From Ignavibacteria bacterium UBA6906 (GTDB lineage: Bacteria; Bacteroidota; Ignavibacteria; UBA10030; UBA6906): a stretch of 64,000 nt of DNA. The notes below the pieces were generated by a model. It worked only from the letters and a program-made list of their open reading frames with translations. It was not told where the DNA came from and did no database searches. The position numbers were made by a program, and so were the translations under genes. Positions 59,747 to 64,000 of this stretch are shown here, one piece after another. Where the stretch lies: NCBI GenBank assembly GCA_002451155.1, contig DKBG01000042.1:12133-76132 (forward strand), read 5' to 3'. The first letter of the stretch is position 1. The number at the start of each line of letters is the position of its first letter.

Positions 59747-59998
59747 TCAGTCCGCCATCCCGGCCTCCAGATCACGCTGGAGCTGCAATTCCACCAGCTC
59801 CCTGCGAAGCGTTTCCGCGTGGTCTTGCTCCATCTCTGCAAGTCCGAGCAGGACACGGCGCGTATGGGCATTCCCCGTCCGTTCCGCGGCCTTTCGGTAG
59901 TACTCCCGCGCTTCCTCCTCATCAGCGATGGCGAGCTCGAGGATGTCCTGGATTGACATCTCGCTCCAATTGAGCATATCATGAGGCGGATGAGACAT
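59747..59998 (-). CDS. small ferritin-like / rubrerythrin-like protein
   Basis: ExxH-type half-site EMEQDH with upstream acidic helices. Translationally coupled (TGAtATG) to the upstream small gene. Confidence 0.4.
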   Translation of the reverse strand: MSHPPHDMLNWSEMSIQDILELAIADEEEAREYYRKAAERTGNAHTRRVLLGLAEMEQDHAETLRRELVELQLQRDLEAGMAD

Positions 59999-59999
59999 A

Positions 60000-60248
60000 T
60001 CAGGAAAAGCTTTCGTTGATTTTATCGAGAGTGCTGAATTTCACAGTCAGTATTTCCCGTTTTTCCCGCAACAGGGCAAGCATCTTCTCCCGTTCCCGCG
60101 CGAGGGTTTCAAGGAGTTCACGAACATCGGGATAGTCACACACGGCCGCGTAGTCCCGGTACTCTCTGGCCGCCTGTGCCTCGCGCTGCTCAGCCACCTC
60201 GAGTGCGTTACACAGCCCCTTGCACGAATGCACGCAATCCTGTTTCAT
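60000..60248 (-). CDS. small hypothetical protein (Cys-containing N-terminus CVHSCKGLC followed by helices)
   Basis: The probable start MKQDCV is chosen because it avoids overlap with the POR gamma gene. It is coupled to the downstream ferritin-like gene. Confidence 0.35.
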   Translation of the reverse strand: MKQDCVHSCKGLCNALEVAEQREAQAAREYRDYAAVCDYPDVRELLETLAREREKMLALLREKREILTVKFSTLDKINESFS

Positions 60249-60285
60249 CGCCGCCTCCTTCCTTTCACCTGATGAGTCCGGCATC

Positions 60286-60837
60286 TCAGGCCGGCTGTGC
60301 CACGGACGCCAGCTCTCCGCCACGCCGGAGTGCCTGCTCATTCAGCGGGAGGAGATGGTGATACCGCTCCGGCAACACTTTCCGGAGCGCCCGGGTTACG
60401 CTTTCCCCCGCCACGACGTGCGTGCGGTCAAGAATTGCCCCCAGGAGGATCATATTCATGATTTTCGTGTTCTTGAGTTTCACTGCCTCTTCGCTTGCCG
60501 GGACGGACAGGATCTGGATATCCGCGCGCGTGGGGGGGGTGATGACATTCGTGGAATCGTATACCAGCAGCCCGCCCGGTTTGACGGCCCGCTCAAATTT
60601 CTCCACAGACGGCTGATTCAGCGCCACCACGATATCGAATGAGCTGATGATGGGCGAGCTAATTTTTCCGTCGGAAATAATCACAATGCAATTCGCCGTT
60701 CCCCCGCGCATCTCGGGACCGTACGACGGCATCCAGCTGATTTCCTTCCCTTCGATCATCCCTGCATAAGAGAGCGTCATGCCCATTGAAAGCACCCCCT
60801 GGCCTCCGAACCCGGCGAACAACAGTTCATGCGTCAT
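60286..60837 (-). CDS. 2-oxoacid:ferredoxin oxidoreductase gamma subunit
   Basis: MTHELLFAGFGGQGVLSMG...SYGPEMRGGTANC is the classic POR/VOR gamma motif. Confidence 0.85.
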   Translation of the reverse strand: MTHELLFAGFGGQGVLSMGMTLSYAGMIEGKEISWMPSYGPEMRGGTANCIVIISDGKISSPIISSFDIVVALNQPSVEKFERAVKPGGLLVYDSTNVITPPTRADIQILSVPASEEAVKLKNTKIMNMILLGAILDRTHVVAGESVTRALRKVLPERYHHLLPLNEQALRRGGELASVAQPA

Positions 60838-60850
60838 GGTTTGATCCTTC

Positions 60851-61624
60851 CTATTTCGGCGCTTTAATATCCCCGGGAGGGTAGAGTGGAAACATGTTCT
60901 CCACCAGCCATGCATTGGACTGGACAGGTGTCATCTTCCATCCGGACGGGCAGTTGGAGACCACCTCGATGAAGCAGGTTCCTTTTCGCTCCTTCTGGTA
61001 CTGAAAAGATTTCGTGATCGCCTTTTTCAACTGACGAACGGCATTTGGTGTATGCACGGACTGACGAGTCACATAGTAAGTCCCCGGCAGCATGGCCACC
61101 ATTTCAGTGATCTTCAGGGGGAAACCCGCCGTTTCGACCGTGCGACCTGCAGGTGATGTAGACGTTTTCATGCCGAGGAGCGTCGTTGGCGCCATTTGAC
61201 CACCGGTCATCCCGTATATTGCGTTATTGACAAACACCATGAGGATGTTTTCGCCCCGGTTACATGTGTGAATGGTCTCCGCCGTCCCAATCGCCGCAAG
61301 GTCGCCGTCCCCCTGATAGGAGAAGACAAACCTGTCGGGGAGAACCCGTTTGATGCCCGTCGCAACGGCCGACGCCCGTCCGTGGGCAGCCTCCTGCATA
61401 TCGACATCCATGTAATTGTAGGCAAACACTGAACATCCCACCGGCGCGACCCCGATCGTTTGCTCGCGGATTCCCGCTTCCTGAACAACCTCCATGATCA
61501 CGCGGTGGACGACACTGTGCCCGCATCCCGGGCAGTAGTGAAAGCGCGTATCGGTCAGCGTGTCCGGTCTGGCATACACGCACTCCATCTGCTCAAGGGC
61601 GGCATCGACCACGTCTTGTCCCAT
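60851..61624 (-). CDS. 2-oxoacid:ferredoxin oxidoreductase beta subunit (TPP-binding)
   Basis: CPGCGH motif and GDG TPP-binding region. Confidence 0.85.
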   Translation of the reverse strand: MGQDVVDAALEQMECVYARPDTLTDTRFHYCPGCGHSVVHRVIMEVVQEAGIREQTIGVAPVGCSVFAYNYMDVDMQEAAHGRASAVATGIKRVLPDRFVFSYQGDGDLAAIGTAETIHTCNRGENILMVFVNNAIYGMTGGQMAPTTLLGMKTSTSPAGRTVETAGFPLKITEMVAMLPGTYYVTRQSVHTPNAVRQLKKAITKSFQYQKERKGTCFIEVVSNCPSGWKMTPVQSNAWLVENMFPLYPPGDIKAPK

Positions 61625-61625
61625 A

Positions 61626-62717
61626 TCAGTACGTCTCCGCTGGTTGTGCATGGGGGTGGGCAGCCGCGAGGGTCTTCAATTCACGCACGATCTCTTCAGG
61701 CGCCGGTATGACACCCCCCATCCTTCCATAGAATGACACGGGGGCTTTTCCGTTCACGGCCAGCCGAACATCTTCCACCATTTGACCCGCGTTCATTTCC
61801 ACTGTCAGCACTCCGGCAACCTTCTTCGCGATGCTCCGGATCGGTCCGGAGGGAAAAGGATAGAGGGTGATAGGGCGAATGAGGCCAACCCGGATTCCTT
61901 CCGCGCGTGCGACCTCGACCGCTTTGTGCGCAATGCGCGCGACAAGCCCGTACGCAACGATAAGATATTCCGCGTCATCCGTGTGAATGGCCTCGTAGCG
62001 GACCTCTCGGGATTCGATCACCCTGTATTTCTCCTGCAGCCTCAGATTGATCTGCTCCATCTTCTCGGGTTGAATATGCAGCGAGGTGATGATATTCGCC
62101 GGCCGCTCGGGGGGTTTTCCGACGGTCGCCCAGGGTTTCGGCGGAACATGATCCTCCACCCGGTATTCGGGAAATTCCACCTTCTCCATCATCTGACCGA
62201 GCGCTCCGTCAGCGAGAATCATCACCGGGTTGCGGTACCGGTCGGCCAGATCAAAACCGTCATAGACGAATTCAGCCATTTCCTGTACACTCGAGGGGGC
62301 AAGCACAATCAAGTGGTAGTCACCGTGCCCGCCGCCCTTCGTAGCCTGGAAGTAATCTCCCTGGGCGGGCTGGATAGTCCCGAGGCCCGGCCCACCCCTG
62401 TTCACATTGACGACGAGGCAGGGAAGTTCCGCCGACGCGATGTACGAGAGCCCTTCCTGCATTAGGCTGATCCCCGGACTGGATGAAGACGTCATCACTC
62501 GCGCTCCCGCACCCGCCGCGCCGTAGATCATGTTGATAGCGGCGACTTCGCTTTCCGCCTGGAGCACGATCATCCCACGCCGTCGTCCTTCGTCTGTCAG
62601 GTATTCGAGAATCTCCGACTGGGGAGTGATGGGATATCCGAAGTATGCCCTGCAGCCCGCGCTGATAGCAGCCTCCGCCAGGGCTTCATTCCCTTTCATT
62701 AGCCTGAAGTCGTTCAC
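61626..62717 (-). CDS. 2-oxoacid:ferredoxin oxidoreductase alpha subunit
   Basis: 363 aa with typical PorA/VorA/KorA composition. Its position between the delta and beta genes and the 1-nt gap to the beta start support the call. Confidence 0.8.
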   Translation of the reverse strand: MNDFRLMKGNEALAEAAISAGCRAYFGYPITPQSEILEYLTDEGRRRGMIVLQAESEVAAINMIYGAAGAGARVMTSSSSPGISLMQEGLSYIASAELPCLVVNVNRGGPGLGTIQPAQGDYFQATKGGGHGDYHLIVLAPSSVQEMAEFVYDGFDLADRYRNPVMILADGALGQMMEKVEFPEYRVEDHVPPKPWATVGKPPERPANIITSLHIQPEKMEQINLRLQEKYRVIESREVRYEAIHTDDAEYLIVAYGLVARIAHKAVEVARAEGIRVGLIRPITLYPFPSGPIRSIAKKVAGVLTVEMNAGQMVEDVRLAVNGKAPVSFYGRMGGVIPAPEEIVRELKTLAAAHPHAQPAETY

Positions 62718-63010
62718 GAGGGTTTCCCTTCCTCGTCTATTGTAACGGTGATGTTCTGCGTCACGCCTGAGATACGTGCGACTGGCACCCGCGTTTTCTT
62801 CTTCTCGCGGTAGACGGTAATCACGGCATCAGGGCAGACAAGCGCGCAATTTGTGCAGCCGGTACAATTATCCTTGACCAGCACAACGTAATGGTATCCC
62901 TGCGCGTTGATTCTGGGAGAGAGTTCCAGGCTGTCCTGCGGACACGCCTCGATGCAGAGTTCACACCCCTTGCAGTTTTCGATATCAAATACCACTGTCC
63001 CTTTGGCCAT
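62714..63010 (-). CDS. 2-oxoacid:ferredoxin oxidoreductase delta subunit (2x[4Fe-4S] ferredoxin)
   Basis: CKGCELCIEACP and CTGCTNCALVCP motifs. The gene overlaps the alpha start by 4 nt. Confidence 0.85.
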   Translation of the reverse strand: MAKGTVVFDIENCKGCELCIEACPQDSLELSPRINAQGYHYVVLVKDNCTGCTNCALVCPDAVITVYREKKKTRVPVARISGVTQNITVTIDEEGKPS

Positions 63011-63049
63011 CGGTCTCTTCCTTTTGTTACACTGCCAGCCGGTCCGATC

Positions 63050-64000
63050 TCACCTGACATATTCCAGCGACGCCCGAAGGTCTCCGGTAATGTCCTCCGG
63101 TTTTTCCAGACCGATCGAAAGACGCACGCCGCCGGGATCGAGACCTTTCGCGATCTGGTCTTCCGCAGGAATGGCTGAGTGTGTCATTGACCCGGGATGT
63201 TCGATAAGGGTCCGGATATTTCCGAGACTCACAGCAAGCGTGATACAGTAGGCGTGGCTGGCGACATGGTTGATGAATCGTTCGGCCCGGTTCAGGGAAT
63301 CGCGAGGGGACTCGCCCTGAAACACGAAATAAATCATTCCGCCCGGTGCGAACTGTCCGTCATAGTCCCGCATCTGCCGTCTGGCAAGCTCGGCTTGTGG
63401 AAAGGATGGCAGTCCGGGATAGAACACGCCGGAAACCTCCGGGCGTGAGGAAAGAAACTCGGCGACCTTCAGTGCTGTCCCCTGCATCTGGCGCATCCGT
63501 ACCGCAAGCGTCGGTAGACCCTGAACGAGCACCGGCCATGCTGATTTCGCGGAGAGAATCCCGCCGAAATCCTTCCGATAGAGCATCAGCATGTCATAGC
63601 TCCATTTCGGTCCCACGACCACACCTCCCACATCTGTGCCAAACCCTCCTATCCCTTTTGTGAGGGAATGGATGGTGAAGTCAATCCCGAGGGCAATCGG
63701 CCTCTGGCAAAACGGCGTCGCAAAGGTGCTGTCAACGACGGTAAACAGCCGCTCGTCGTTGCTCCTGGTGGCGTTGACACGACGTGCGATGGCGGCAACC
63801 GCAGCCAGATCGACGAGGCGCATGGTCGGATTGACGGGCGATTCCATATAGAGGACCCTGGTATCTTTGGTGATGGCCCGTTCGACCGCCGCAAGGTCGG
63901 TAAAATCGACAAACGTCGTTGTGATCCTCTGCCGCGGGTACCAGTTGGTGAGAAGGGAATAGGTGCATCCGTACAGCGTTTTGTGCGCAACGATCTCGCT
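63050..64000 (-). CDS. Cys/Met-metabolism PLP-dependent enzyme (cystathionine gamma-synthase / O-acetylhomoserine sulfhydrylase / methionine gamma-lyase family), 5' end beyond the window
   Basis: PLP-lysine motif FTIHSLTKGIGGFGTDVGG. I checked that the frame is open from 63847 to 64000 and reads ...AHKTLYGCTYSLLTNWYPRQRITTTFVDFTDLAAVERAITKDTRVLYMESPVNPTMRLVDL, a typical segment of this family. Confidence 0.8.
   Translation of the reverse strand, partial: SEIVAHKTLYGCTYSLLTNWYPRQRITTTFVDFTDLAAVERAITKDTRVLYMESPVNPTMRLVDLAAVAAIARRVNATRSNDERLFTVVDSTFATPFCQRPIALGIDFTIHSLTKGIGGFGTDVGGVVVGPKWSYDMLMLYRKDFGGILSAKSAWPVLVQGLPTLAVRMRQMQGTALKVAEFLSSRPEVSGVFYPGLPSFPQAELARRQMRDYDGQFAPGGMIYFVFQGESPRDSLNRAERFINHVASHAYCITLAVSLGNIRTLIEHPGSMTHSAIPAEDQIAKGLDPGGVRLSIGLEKPEDITGDLRASLEYVR

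Noticed and set aside
61782-62465. 227-aa plus-strand ORF
   Set aside because: It is antisense to the OFOR alpha subunit gene.
1-64000. CRISPR arrays, rRNA/tRNA genes, integrases, transposases and phage genes
   Set aside because: No direct-repeat/spacer periodicity, no tRNA cloverleaf candidates and no recombinase-like ORFs were seen on either strand. The window looks like core or accessory metabolic chromosome, not a mobile island.

Overview
This is a roughly 60% GC bacterial chromosomal segment of about 64 kb that carries about 50 protein-coding genes. No rRNA or tRNA genes, CRISPR array or recognisable mobile element were seen. Gene content resembles an FCB-group or Gemmatimonadota-like heterotroph (TamB/TamA, DUF4136-like lipoproteins, GH20 and GH29 enzymes with F5/8 type C domains), and at least one gene (37163) has a Shine-Dalgarno sequence. 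Genes in order: (1) a partial giant ORF that fuses a class I aminotransferase domain to a divergent PEP-carboxylase-like domain; (2) a glycan-scavenging block with a GH20 hexosaminidase, a CBM9-like protein, a GH29 fucosidase and a sugar-1-kinase/nucleotidyltransferase pair; (3) an island of small outer-membrane beta-barrel proteins (including tandem paralogs) and DUF4136-like lipoproteins, plus gpmA; (4) a tightly coupled three-gene operon of a HisC-family PLP enzyme, a CDP-alcohol phosphatidyltransferase and an NTP-transferase, which looks like a Kennedy-type head-group pathway; (5) tamB interrupted by a single in-frame UGA, followed by an Omp85 (TamA-like) gene; (6) an aquaporin, two DPP-IV-like S9 peptidase paralogs and an enolase-superfamily enzyme; (7) a beta-glucoside operon of two GH3 enzymes (one with PA14), an ABC ATPase and permease without a binding protein, and a ROK kinase; (8) a polyferredoxin with a Tat-signal DUF362 protein, HemN and OsmC; (9) an unusual leuB-like / HMG-CoA-lyase-like / CaiB CoA-transferase / leuC / leuD operon; (10) a four-subunit 2-oxoacid:ferredoxin oxidoreductase and a partial Cys/Met-metabolism PLP enzyme. 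All calls come from reading motifs in the supplied translations and DNA; no database searches were run.
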